Of a DNA stretch of 64,000 bases, positions 49,234 to 58,387 are shown in pieces. The stretch lies in the IMG/VR virus record IMGVR_UViG_3300031963_000009, one strand, 5' to 3'. Source of the DNA: a virus. The notes beneath the pieces are model-generated. The model worked only from the letters and a program-made list of their open reading frames with translations, made no database searches and was not told where the DNA came from. A program made the position numbers and the translations under genes. The stretch's first letter is position 1. Each line of letters starts with the position of its first letter.

Positions 49234-50637
49234 ATGCAAACCTTACAAACAAAAACCATGAAAACTAACACCAAAACGTACACTCTGACTGTATCTCAAC
49301 TGGCTTCTCTACAAAAGGACACCAAGATTTATCTTGATGAAGCCTTCCAGTCCAATACACGTTGGAATACTGCAATGAATCAAGCATACATTAAGTCTGT
49401 GCTTGAAGGTAAAGCAATTACCCCCATTACTTTAGGTAAAATCTCTGATCTTTTGAGTTCTATTGAACTTCATTATGGTCCTACTCATTCTGACTATCAA
49501 TTTTTTAGGGATCTTCTAGATCAAGATTTCATCTATATCACGATTGATGGAAATAATCGTGATAACTGCATCTGCAAGTTCCTGAACAATGAGTTTCCCC
49601 TCTCTGAAGGGAAATACTATATTGAACACAATAACATTGTGTACTTTGAAGCGACTAAGAACAACAAGTATTTCAAAGATCTAGATGCAGAAGTTCGCAA
49701 CTACATTGAGAACATTTCTCTGAACACTCTTGTAGTTTTGCAATCTGATCGTAAGGGTCTTGCTGAACTGTTCAGTAACATTAATGAGGGTCTTCCCCTT
49801 AATAATCAAGAGAAACGCAACGCTACTCCTTGTCGTTTCGGTGCTCTTGTTAGGAATCTTGTTCAAAGTCACTTGAATGGATTTTCTATGTTGTATAGTT
49901 CTAAGAACATCAATCGTCGTTATCCCGATGAATTGGTTGTGACAATTTCCACAATCGTTGCTCATGGGATAAAGAATCTGGATAAGAATACTCTAGATGC
50001 TGCTTATGGTGATTCTACGGTTGAGGTTATTTCTTTCAACAAAACCGCAACTATTGTTGAACAACTTTCTAAGATTGTTGTCAACTATGGTGCTGCTGGA
50101 TTTGATGTTGGTGGTAAGAAAAACTCTAACCTGATTGACTTTGCAATGTTGTTGAACTATCTCAACAATAACTCGATTGTCATCGAAGATTACGAAGCTT
50201 TCTACAACTGGTTCACTGAAAGTCAGGGAGAACGAATTGAAGATCCTACCATTCTCTACTATGGTAAAAAGGGTAATAATCCTCGTAGTTATGCTGGTCT
50301 TCTCCGTGGATCTTCTTCCAATTTCCTTCAAATCCGACTCAGTAAGTTGGTTGATTCCATCTCTTCTACACCAGACAACGTTCTGACCTTCCGTGACAAA
50401 GATCGCAAGTATGATCCTAAGATTCGATTCTCTCTTTGGAAATCTCAGGGTGGGCGATGTGCATTGACTGGTGAACCTATTGATGCACGTCACATCTACG
50501 ATGGATCTGTGACTCATATCGACCATAAAGATCCTTGGTCGAAAGGTGGACAAACTACAGTTGAAAATGCACAACTGGTATTTGCAAATGCAAATCTCCG
50601 TAAAGGTGCTCAACTCGTAGAAGTTCCCTCTCTTTGA
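49234..50637 (+). CDS. DUF262 (ParB-like) plus HNH nuclease, GmrSD-like
   Basis: FQSNTRW..YIKSV..TIDGNNR..LFSNINEGLPLNNQEKRNA; C-terminal CALTG..HIDHKDPWSKGG.T..N..NLRKG. Confidence 0.8.
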   Translation: MQTLQTKTMKTNTKTYTLTVSQLASLQKDTKIYLDEAFQSNTRWNTAMNQAYIKSVLEGKAITPITLGKISDLLSSIELHYGPTHSDYQFFRDLLDQDFIYITIDGNNRDNCICKFLNNEFPLSEGKYYIEHNNIVYFEATKNNKYFKDLDAEVRNYIENISLNTLVVLQSDRKGLAELFSNINEGLPLNNQEKRNATPCRFGALVRNLVQSHLNGFSMLYSSKNINRRYPDELVVTISTIVAHGIKNLDKNTLDAAYGDSTVEVISFNKTATIVEQLSKIVVNYGAAGFDVGGKKNSNLIDFAMLLNYLNNNSIVIEDYEAFYNWFTESQGERIEDPTILYYGKKGNNPRSYAGLLRGSSSNFLQIRLSKLVDSISSTPDNVLTFRDKDRKYDPKIRFSLWKSQGGRCALTGEPIDARHIYDGSVTHIDHKDPWSKGGQTTVENAQLVFANANLRKGAQLVEVPSL

Positions 50638-50652
50638 GAACTTATCTAATCC

Positions 50653-50719
50653 ATAAGGATCTCTGATCAATGGCCCTCTTGCCCCGCAACGGGTAAGAGG
50701 GTATTCTAGCTATGTTGAA
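50653..50719 (+). promoter_or_regulatory. promoter with second-type palindrome and shared leader
   Basis: ATAAG-GATCT-CTGAT; TTGCCC; TATTCTAGCTATGTTGAA. Confidence 0.7.
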
Positions 50720-50729
50720 ACGCAATTCA

Positions 50730-50870
50730 ATGAATCTCCGACCACACCAAGAACGTGCAGTTGAGGTAATGCAACTGCATAAAAAGGGTCAAATCATTGT
50801 TCCCACTGGTGGTGGTAAAACAATGAAGATGATCAAAGACGCAATGATTCAATTCCAGGAACAGAAATGA
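50730..50870 (+). CDS. N-terminal fragment of SF2 helicase (Q motif and Walker A); not in ORF track
   Basis: MNLRPHQ..IIVPTGGGKT..; 46 aa; TGA overlaps the next ATG. Confidence 0.8.
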   Translation: MNLRPHQERAVEVMQLHKKGQIIVPTGGGKTMKMIKDAMIQFQEQK

Positions 50871-51976
50871 TCGAAATGCAATCACAAACTGAAAAAACGA
50901 TTGTTGTTGTTGCTCCTCGTATTCTTCTCGCAGAACAACTTTGTTCCGAGTTTCTGGAGTTTATCACCAACGCAAGTGTGATGCACGTTCACAGTGGTGA
51001 AACTCATCACTTTTCGACTACCAAACCCCAAGAGATTTCTAACTGGTGGGTGAATACTCGTGGTCACAAACTAATCTTCACCACTTACAACTCTCTGGAG
51101 AGGTTGCAACAATCTCGCATCAAGGTTGACACCATTTACTTTGACGAAGCTCACAACTCCGTCAAACGCAACTTCTTCCCTGCAACTGAATACTTCAGTC
51201 AGGAAGCTGACCGTTGTTACTTCTTCACTGCGACTCCCAAACATTCACTCGCAGTTGGTAAGCCTGGGATGAATGATGTAGAAGTTTATGGCCAAGTCAT
51301 TTGTAATGTTCCTGCACCTGAACTTGTCGAAGGTGGTTACATCCTGCCTCCGAAAGTTATCGCAAAACAACTTCCGATGGTAAAGTCTGGTAAGATTCCT
51401 GCAGATCGTGACTGTGAGAATCTGATTGAGACTCTGGATGAATGTGGTAAGGGTAAAGTGTTGATCTGTGCGAAAGCTACCAAACAGATCTCTGCACTGA
51501 TGTCTGAGACTGACTTCATTCAACAACTGCAAGATCGCGGATTCTCTTACCTCTACATCACCGCAAAGACTGGTGCAATTATTGATGGTAAGAAGGTGAA
51601 TCGTGAGGTGTTCTTTGATACTCTCTCTGCATGGGGTAAGGATGACTCTAAGAAGTTCGTTGTTCTCCACCACTCCATCCTTTCTGAGGGTATCAATGTG
51701 TCAGGTCTGGAAGGTGTCATCTTTATGCGTTCGATGGACTACATTGGTATCTCCCAAACCATCGGCCGTGTGATTCGGATGCACCATGATGATGCAGCTC
51801 GCATCCATAGTGGTGAACTTGTCCCTGGTGATGTTGACAACTATACCAAATCTTTCGGTCTAGTTGTTGTTCCTGTCTTCAACAAAGTTGGGATCTCTAC
51901 TCACCAGAAGATCCAAGCTGTGGTGGATACGATCTTCCAAAAAGGAATGCCCGCTATTTCTGTCGTAAAACGATGA
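50867..51976 (+). CDS. SF2 (ResIII-like DEAH) helicase, C-terminal part lacking Walker A
   Basis: VVVAPRILLAEQL, IFTTYNSL, DEAH, FTATP, ILSEGINV, QTIGRVIR. Confidence 0.85.
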   Translation: MIEMQSQTEKTIVVVAPRILLAEQLCSEFLEFITNASVMHVHSGETHHFSTTKPQEISNWWVNTRGHKLIFTTYNSLERLQQSRIKVDTIYFDEAHNSVKRNFFPATEYFSQEADRCYFFTATPKHSLAVGKPGMNDVEVYGQVICNVPAPELVEGGYILPPKVIAKQLPMVKSGKIPADRDCENLIETLDECGKGKVLICAKATKQISALMSETDFIQQLQDRGFSYLYITAKTGAIIDGKKVNREVFFDTLSAWGKDDSKKFVVLHHSILSEGINVSGLEGVIFMRSMDYIGISQTIGRVIRMHHDDAARIHSGELVPGDVDNYTKSFGLVVVPVFNKVGISTHQKIQAVVDTIFQKGMPAISVVKR

Positions 51977-52527
51977 TGGAAAAGTGGGAAGTCTACGCTG
52001 AAGGCACCTTCAACAATATGAGGGCCAATGCACACAACTGGGAACGATCTTTCGATGACAAACGAAAGATCTCCCGTGATTTTTACTACGGGGTTTTTGA
52101 TGCAGGAAATCCCAACCCTACGAACCTGATCAGTGAACAAGCTTTGGAGAATCAACTCTCCAAACAATACAGGCTAAATACTCTGGATCACTACCACTCT
52201 CCACAATTTGTTGGTCGAATGATTATGGAGAATCGAGACAAATATCTAGAGGATTATGAAGAGTTCAAGAAGATCTTTCTGGTCTGCACACAACAAATTG
52301 TTGTGACCAAAAAGGAGAATGAATCTCTGTCATTCTTGACTGCACCTGACAAAGAAGATTATAAGGTTCTTGTACCTACCAATCTCAAGTACAACCATCT
52401 TGGTATCAGATTGTATCAGAGACAAGAGGGTAAAACTAGGTGGAAAAACTCCGATCCAATTGATTCCAACATTCTGGAGATTCCTGAAGATCTGTTAGAA
52501 TATGAGAAAAAGTATCTAGTAACGTAA
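51973..52527 (+). CDS. hypothetical protein
   Basis: ATGA-coupled to the helicase; TLDHYHSPQ. Confidence 0.7.
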   Translation: MMEKWEVYAEGTFNNMRANAHNWERSFDDKRKISRDFYYGVFDAGNPNPTNLISEQALENQLSKQYRLNTLDHYHSPQFVGRMIMENRDKYLEDYEEFKKIFLVCTQQIVVTKKENESLSFLTAPDKEDYKVLVPTNLKYNHLGIRLYQRQEGKTRWKNSDPIDSNILEIPEDLLEYEKKYLVT

Positions 52528-52967
52528 TGAACTACAAGTTTATACCAGATAAGTACCAACTATGTAAAAATGTAACTTGGGAAGATGTAATCAATAAAAT
52601 GGATGTGGAGATCTACAATCAATCACACAAATTGATTGTAGACTATGGAATCGCTCCAACAATTATCTTACATGAAGACTATTATCCAGGATCTATTTCA
52701 TCTGCATTTAACGAAGTCCAGCAAGATCTAAATATTGAAGTTCTTCACATTTATACTTCTCTTGGTAGAAATGCCAAGACTTTTGGTAGACATTGTGATA
52801 CAATGGATGTAGTAATTGTTCAATCCATAGGGAGAATCTATTACGATTTTGATTGTGGATCTAGGGTAGAACTTAATCCAGGAGATGCACTCCACATTCC
52901 GAAAGGAATCTATCATAACCCCATTGTTTTTGAACCTAGAGTTACCCTGAGCTTTTCTTGGACATGA
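52527..52967 (+). CDS. minimal JmjC/cupin-type oxygenase
   Basis: RHCD..DV..VQ..G..LNPGD.LHIPKG.YH. Confidence 0.72.
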   Translation: MNYKFIPDKYQLCKNVTWEDVINKMDVEIYNQSHKLIVDYGIAPTIILHEDYYPGSISSAFNEVQQDLNIEVLHIYTSLGRNAKTFGRHCDTMDVVIVQSIGRIYYDFDCGSRVELNPGDALHIPKGIYHNPIVFEPRVTLSFSWT

Positions 52968-53506
52968 CCGCAGACTATAATGATTACATGTTTTATGCAC
53001 CAATTTATCACTACGCAGTGAGAGATTGGAAGAATAAAAAAACTTCTTTGATGGAATTGTATAACAGGATTGATAGAAACTTAGAAAGAAAAGATGATGA
53101 CAGTGTGATTACAAATTATCATAAGGATTCACTTTCTATGATAGAAAGTATTTCCGAAATTTTTACTGATGAGATCAATTTGTTTTGTGGTAAAGTTCAA
53201 TCTCGATTCAAATTAGCCTGTGCATGGTTTGAATTGACTGATAAACATGCTTATCACTCAATGCACAATCATGGATGTACGGGATACAGTTCGGTGTGTT
53301 ACATCAAATACAATAGTGATGAACATAAACCCACACATTTTATGTCTCCTTTTCCAAACTTTTTAACTGGTCTTCAACTAACTTATACTCCAGAAGTTGA
53401 TGAAGGCTCAATTATATTTTTTCCATCATATATCAGTCACTTTACTGAACCTAATTTGTCTGATGAGAATAGACTAATCGTATCTTTTAATCTACAATCA
53501 GTTTGA
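52958..53506 (+). CDS. putative 2OG-Fe(II) oxygenase
   Basis: HSMHNHG..SVCY..PEVDEGSIIFFPSY..H..RLIVSFN. Confidence 0.78.
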   Translation: MDMTADYNDYMFYAPIYHYAVRDWKNKKTSLMELYNRIDRNLERKDDDSVITNYHKDSLSMIESISEIFTDEINLFCGKVQSRFKLACAWFELTDKHAYHSMHNHGCTGYSSVCYIKYNSDEHKPTHFMSPFPNFLTGLQLTYTPEVDEGSIIFFPSYISHFTEPNLSDENRLIVSFNLQSV

Positions 53507-53507
53507 G

Positions 53508-53897
53508 ATGATGTACCCCAACACAAGTATTCTTGATCCCGACAATGGCCCTACTGGATTTACCACTCCAGACTTCCAATTTGCTGCTATTCCATTTGGA
53601 AAAGAATACATGATCATTGCAGATGGCCAACAACTTGAAGTAGTCAAAACAAGACAACTTGCAGAGATTCGGCTTGAACAATTAAAAAACTCGCATCGGA
53701 CTCTGAAGAAGGGTACTAAGACCCCTGCACCACCAAAATCACAAAAAAAGGCGAAAACGTCTAGTGGCCGCAAGGGGTCTCAGGGACCAAAGCCAAAGGC
53801 CACCAAGGGTTCTACCAAGTCTCCTAAATCTAAGAGTGTGACAGTCAAGAAACCGTACACTCTTCATCCAAATCCATTGATGGATGCACTACTCTAG
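53508..53897 (+). CDS. hypothetical protein with Lys-rich tail
   Basis: PNTSILDP..GPTGF; basic C-terminus. Confidence 0.65.
   Translation: MMYPNTSILDPDNGPTGFTTPDFQFAAIPFGKEYMIIADGQQLEVVKTRQLAEIRLEQLKNSHRTLKKGTKTPAPPKSQKKAKTSSGRKGSQGPKPKATKGSTKSPKSKSVTVKKPYTLHPNPLMDALL
53839..53895 (+). promoter_or_regulatory. palindrome-type promoter cassette inside the 3' end of an ORF
   Basis: TGACAGTC-AAGA-AACCGTAC; TACTCT at 53890 followed by AGCTAT. Confidence 0.6.
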
Positions 53898-53912
53898 CTA
53901 TAGTTCAGAAAA

Positions 53913-54164
53913 ATGTCTATCGAAGAAAAACTCTTATCTTTGGGATTTGCATACAATGCAAAGGGGAATGTTCTATCAAAACGTGTCTTACGAAAAAGTC
54001 AAATCCCCATAGGTTGTTTCTTCAAATCCTTAGAAACTGGTGTTGAGTTTTACTCTCAAAATCCAGAAGATGATACTAAGTGGGATCATCTTATTATGAC
54101 AAGAGATTTTGAAGAAGTTCTACTTGACGAAACTGTTACTGCACAATCAATTCTTGAATTATGA
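53913..54164 (+). CDS. hypothetical protein
   Basis: first ORF after the cassette. Confidence 0.6.
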   Translation: MSIEEKLLSLGFAYNAKGNVLSKRVLRKSQIPIGCFFKSLETGVEFYSQNPEDDTKWDHLIMTRDFEEVLLDETVTAQSILEL

Positions 54165-54379
54165 CCACAAAAACTAAAATGAAACGAGTTTGTGTTACTC
54201 CTCTCTCTAGTAAGGCTAAAAACCGATTCCATAACATTATGGATCAGTTTCATACCTGTACTGTTGAACAAGAGAAGACTATTGATGGAGTTCCACATTT
54301 GTTTCTAGTTTCGATGAATGGTCAATACTGTTTCTGGGTTCCGAATAAAGGTAACGAACACTGGAAAGTTGAAAAGTGA
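54161..54379 (+). CDS. hypothetical protein
   Basis: ATGA-coupled. Confidence 0.65.
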   Translation: MTTKTKMKRVCVTPLSSKAKNRFHNIMDQFHTCTVEQEKTIDGVPHLFLVSMNGQYCFWVPNKGNEHWKVEK

Positions 54380-54660
54380 CAGTCGAACTTTTTCATAAAG
54401 CTCCTAATGGTTATCATTATGAACAAGAAAAAGATTTCAAGAGAAATGTTACTGCTATCTGGTTACATCATCATAGGAAGTATGACTTTAATCTTGGAAA
54501 ACCAGTTAAAACCATCTGGGGATTCTACAATACAAAAACCAGACAATTCCACGCACCAGTTAATAGTCAGACAGTGGGAAGTGTAGTTGAGATTGAAAAT
54601 ACTACCCCATATACGGCTATGCCTATCAAAATAACTCCACTTGAAGCTGCATTTGCATGA
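54376..54660 (+). CDS. hypothetical protein
   Basis: GTGA-coupled. Confidence 0.65.
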   Translation: MTVELFHKAPNGYHYEQEKDFKRNVTAIWLHHHRKYDFNLGKPVKTIWGFYNTKTRQFHAPVNSQTVGSVVEIENTTPYTAMPIKITPLEAAFA

Positions 54661-54829
54661 TTAAAAGTAAGAAAGAACTTATCAGGTATCTTGAAAACTA
54701 CCATGAATCGAGATGTAGTGATCTTGCATCTGAAGGTAGAGAAAAAGATGCAATGTCCATCTACAGTGAAATTATTGTAGATGAAGAAGATCCAGATTCC
54801 TATTTGTTTATTTCCCTCCACAAAGTATT

Positions 54830-55225
54830 ATGAAGTACAAAGTTGATTGGACCTCTCCAACTCAGGGTGTTCGCTCTACTACAGTTGACGCACTGACTTT
54901 GAACACGGCTCGAGAACAAGTTGAGTCAATGTATAGGGATCTTAAAGGATTCAAAGTAGTTTGCATTTCTCCTGTTTTCGAGAAAAAGGAATACGAAGAA
55001 CCTGAGACTTACTCTACATCCAGTCAATCAGATAATCGTAGTTCTGATCCTGATGATTTTAATTTGAGTACGATTGTAGGAACTGCGGGCATTTGTATTG
55101 GTGCATTTATCGCACTTATTGGGTTGTTTAGTCTTCCTTCTGGTATCATCGCTCTAGTTATTGGTGGACTCATTGGCTGGGGTGGTATGCAACTCGGCTT
55201 CTGGATTAGTGACAGAGGTTGGTGA
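54830..55225 (+). CDS. hypothetical membrane protein
   Basis: two C-terminal hydrophobic helices. Confidence 0.65.
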   Translation: MKYKVDWTSPTQGVRSTTVDALTLNTAREQVESMYRDLKGFKVVCISPVFEKKEYEEPETYSTSSQSDNRSSDPDDFNLSTIVGTAGICIGAFIALIGLFSLPSGIIALVIGGLIGWGGMQLGFWISDRGW

Positions 55226-55605
55226 TGGATTACATTACTCCAACGCATCAAGAAATTCTTGACGTATTAAATAGAGTCAACATTCAAATCATTGTTGACA
55301 ACCATCCTATCTGTGATAGTAAACAGTATGATGGCTTTGTTATGAGTACCAAAGATTCTCGTAATAGTTCTGATCGCACACAATTCTTGTTGTGTGTTGA
55401 GGCCATGCAACAGAACTATACTGATTGGATTGGAGAAGTGAATCGCACATTAGCTCATGAAGCTCTTCATGTAGCACAACTATGTAAATCTAAAGATGGT
55501 TTATTTTATCCTCTTGGATTTAGGAATGATGTAGAAAAAGAAGCTTTTGCGGTTCAAGAACAACCGAGAGAAGTTCTTCGTATTCTCAAAAAGTATTGTC
55601 TTTGA
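55219..55605 (+). CDS. putative zinc metalloprotease-like protein
   Basis: TLAHEALHVAQ (HExxH) and a downstream EKEAF. Confidence 0.6.
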   Translation: MVMDYITPTHQEILDVLNRVNIQIIVDNHPICDSKQYDGFVMSTKDSRNSSDRTQFLLCVEAMQQNYTDWIGEVNRTLAHEALHVAQLCKSKDGLFYPLGFRNDVEKEAFAVQEQPREVLRILKKYCL

Positions 55606-55608
55606 CCA

Positions 55609-55637
55609 TTGACAAATACGGACAAAACCCTTACACT
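55609..55637 (+). promoter_or_regulatory. sigma70-type promoter
   Basis: TTGACA-17 bp-TACACT. Confidence 0.7.
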
Positions 55638-55660
55638 ATAAAAGTAATTCACAACTTACA

Positions 55661-55906
55661 ATGACACAAAAATTTCTTTACATCGTTGATCATTATGTTC
55701 CCTTTCCCTCTAGTGAGTATGGTGGGCTTTGGAATGTAGTTGCTACCGACGATGATGAATGTTTTGAGATGATTGTTGCTGAAGATGATGGCAATTTCAA
55801 TCAGCCATATTACAATAAACTTCGAGAAAACATTCTTAATTCCCGTACTTTTGCTCTTGCAGAAGATGGTCTAGATTCTTGCGTTGTAGAAAGTTTTACG
55901 ACATGA
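55661..55906 (+). CDS. hypothetical protein
   Basis: first ORF after the promoter. Confidence 0.65.
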   Translation: MTQKFLYIVDHYVPFPSSEYGGLWNVVATDDDECFEMIVAEDDGNFNQPYYNKLRENILNSRTFALAEDGLDSCVVESFTT

Positions 55907-56079
55907 TAAACTTTACTGAGCACGAATGTGGCATCATCAATGATGCAGTAAGATTTTATCAAATGAACAAAAGTACAACAGGAAGTAAATTGTACTGGGA
56001 TTGTGATTCTATTCTAAGAAAAGTTTTTCCATACAAAAAACTTGATGGTATAGAACCAGGATACAGATCAGATACATAA
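55903..56079 (+). CDS. hypothetical protein
   Basis: ATGA-coupled; start revised. Confidence 0.5.
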   Translation: MINFTEHECGIINDAVRFYQMNKSTTGSKLYWDCDSILRKVFPYKKLDGIEPGYRSDT

Positions 56080-56268
56080 TTGTTGTTAGTTTTTGAGTTT
56101 CTATGTTAGATCCTAGATTCCAAGATCCGGAAAGACAAAAAAGATTAAGACAACAAAAAAGTGATGCTCTTAAGGTCATTATGAGTGAGATGTTGGATAA
56201 TCCATCCTCAAAGGAAAATCAACAATTAAAAGATGTAATAGAGTTTCTGGATAAAGTAGAATAGTATG

Positions 56269-56326
56269 TGACGCTTTGAGAACTGTCACAGGGGCTCTTT
56301 ACAGAGCCCCTTTTTGCATGTATTGT
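56269..56326 (+). promoter_or_regulatory. palindrome-type promoter cassette with stem-loop
   Basis: TGACGCTT-TGAG-AACTGTCA; GGGGCTCT/AGAGCCCC stem plus T-run; TATTGT at 56321. Confidence 0.7.
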
Positions 56327-56332
56327 GGCTAC

Positions 56333-57277
56333 ATGAAGAACACTCACCTCGAACATCCCGAAGATTCTGTACTTCTCGGTAAGAAGGCTGTGCAGGATAC
56401 TATCAACTATCTGCGTAACTGCAAAGGTGATTGTAGTGTGAAGTATGATGGTGCTCCTGCCATTGTGTTTGGGACGCATCCTGTCACTAATCAATTCTTT
56501 GTAGGGACGAAAAGTGTATTCAATAAGAAGAAAGTTAAGGTTAATTATACTCACGCTGACATCGAAAAGAATCACGGTAATAATTCCAAAGTTGCAGGAA
56601 TACTTCACACTTGCCTTGAAGTATTGCCTAAGTTGGAGGGTGTTTACCAAGGTGATTTTATTGGGTTTGGTGGTACTAACCGATTCACCCCTAATACTAT
56701 CACTTATACCTTCAATACCGATAGCGATTCTTTTCGTAATTGTTCTGTGGTCTTTGCTGCTCATACACGGTATTCTGGAGATACGTCATGCGTTGAAGGT
56801 TCGGAGAACCCGCTCAACAAACTGAGTGCATCTTTTGATGTTCCTGAGTATCTCAAACACAACTTTATGTCAACTTACTTTGTGAATGGTGATGCACAAT
56901 TTACCTCCCGTCGTCGTAGGATTGATTACCTTCTTGGCCTTGCAAGTTTGGTTAGCAATTTTGTTAGATACCCTGAAGAAAAAGAAGTAGCAAATCTCAA
57001 AGTTGCGATCAATAAGTGCATCCGAGAGAATGTTCCTGTTGATTGTATTGACGGCAATCTTCTCCTGTTGTTCAACCTGTTGACCAAAGCCAAGGATTTG
57101 ATTGTAGAAGGAATCACCGTCACTGGTGATCAAGTTGATGCAGTGATTGATCTCGGTGTGGATTATGTTGCGTCTGGCCATGAAGGTTATGTTCACTCTA
57201 ATGATTATGGGACTTTCAAGTTAGTCAACCGTCGTATGTTCTCTTACTTTAACTTCACCAAACCAAAAGGTTGGTAG
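56333..57277 (+). CDS. ligase-like nucleotidyltransferase-fold protein (start revised to MKNTHLEHPED)
   Basis: KYDG (motif I), YQGDF, HEGYV, FKLVNR. Confidence 0.6.
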   Translation: MKNTHLEHPEDSVLLGKKAVQDTINYLRNCKGDCSVKYDGAPAIVFGTHPVTNQFFVGTKSVFNKKKVKVNYTHADIEKNHGNNSKVAGILHTCLEVLPKLEGVYQGDFIGFGGTNRFTPNTITYTFNTDSDSFRNCSVVFAAHTRYSGDTSCVEGSENPLNKLSASFDVPEYLKHNFMSTYFVNGDAQFTSRRRRIDYLLGLASLVSNFVRYPEEKEVANLKVAINKCIRENVPVDCIDGNLLLLFNLLTKAKDLIVEGITVTGDQVDAVIDLGVDYVASGHEGYVHSNDYGTFKLVNRRMFSYFNFTKPKGW

Positions 57278-57347
57278 GGACAGTTGCCTGGCTGTCCACC
57301 AGAGGCGCCAGGATCGTTCCTGGCATCGTATCTTAGCTATGTTGAGA
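57278..57347 (+). promoter_or_regulatory. palindrome-type promoter cassette with shared leader
   Basis: GGACAGTT-GCCT-GGCTGTCC; GCCAGGA/TCCTGGC stem; TATCTTAGCTATGTTGAGA. Confidence 0.85.
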
Positions 57348-57356
57348 GGTTCACCC

Positions 57357-57530
57357 ATGACTCGTCTTGAAATCCAACAGGCACTGTATGAGACTCGCAA
57401 CAACTATCTCAAAGCAAAAGCTTCGGTAGAGTTCTATCGTAAGGAGATCATGTTCCTCAAGGAATGTGAAGCAAACCTGGACAAACCTGAAGGTTGGTTG
57501 TATCAAGAAATGTTCGGAGCTGAAGTATGA
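57357..57530 (+). CDS. hypothetical protein
   Basis: GAGAGG SD; MTRLEIQQALY. Confidence 0.65.
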   Translation: MTRLEIQQALYETRNNYLKAKASVEFYRKEIMFLKECEANLDKPEGWLYQEMFGAEV

Positions 57531-57830
57531 AGGTTGAACTCACCGACTATCAGATCAATTTGATTCTTTATTGTCTTGAACAACAAACTTATGAGTTTAG
57601 TTGGGACGAAAAGAATGACTACACTGGTATCCTAAGGGCTATTGAGTCTGCTGCTAACTTTGAGTACGATTTCGGGTATTAAAGATGACTAACTTTATGA
57701 CTTGGGATAAGTTGAAAAAGCAGATGACGATTGAAGCTGTTGAATACTACATCTATCGGATGAAGGAAGACAACTGCAATCAAGCTGCGATTGATGTCTA
57801 CACAAAGTTTTTGGAGGAACTTGAATCGGA

Positions 57831-58016
57831 ATGACCTACACAATTTCAAAAGAAATTAGAATCCACAATGATCAAGATGGTTGGGAGTATGTATTTACAA
57901 CCGATGATTATGGAACTGTAAATGTGCAAGATAGTAATGGTCCTACATTTCAAACCATTCACATTCCTAGGGATTGTATTCAACACTTCATTGATGCTTT
58001 GGAAGAACTGAAATGA
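57831..58016 (+). CDS. hypothetical protein
   Basis: coupled ORF array. Confidence 0.6.
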   Translation: MTYTISKEIRIHNDQDGWEYVFTTDDYGTVNVQDSNGPTFQTIHIPRDCIQHFIDALEELK

Positions 58017-58387
58017 ACTATCAATGTCCTCGTTGTCAAGAACGTGTAAAAGATTGGGAAGGTGATGATCCCAAATGTGGTTTTGATGAGAATGGCAACT
58101 TTCTAGAAAATAACTGGAATTGTGCTACTCTCAATGCTCTGCGTGAGAGAGCAGAAGAGAACACAGTGTGGAGTAACAATCAACAAAATGTTTCTGTCAT
58201 TCAAACATATGATGTAGGACATGCTATCCTCTCTTGGTATAAGTGGAGAGGTCAAACTGATGACTTCCGTGATGGTTACTTTGATCGTGGAACTCTAACG
58301 TATGCCCAACAGATTCTAGGTGATAGAGAACCTGACAATGGTTTTGATGGTTGGGAAGATTCTATTTTTGATGAGGATGAAGAATGA
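58013..58387 (+). CDS. hypothetical protein, Cys-containing
   Basis: CPRC..C..NWNC. Confidence 0.65.
   Translation: MNYQCPRCQERVKDWEGDDPKCGFDENGNFLENNWNCATLNALRERAEENTVWSNNQQNVSVIQTYDVGHAILSWYKWRGQTDDFRDGYFDRGTLTYAQQILGDREPDNGFDGWEDSIFDEDEE

Noticed and set aside
49234-50637. HNH gene as a simple homing endonuclease
   Set aside because: The HNH is a small C-terminal domain on a DUF262-type N-terminus; there is no intron or typical homing architecture
49993-50670. 225-aa minus-strand ORF
   Set aside because: Antisense to the DUF262-HNH gene, which has clear motifs; no features of its own
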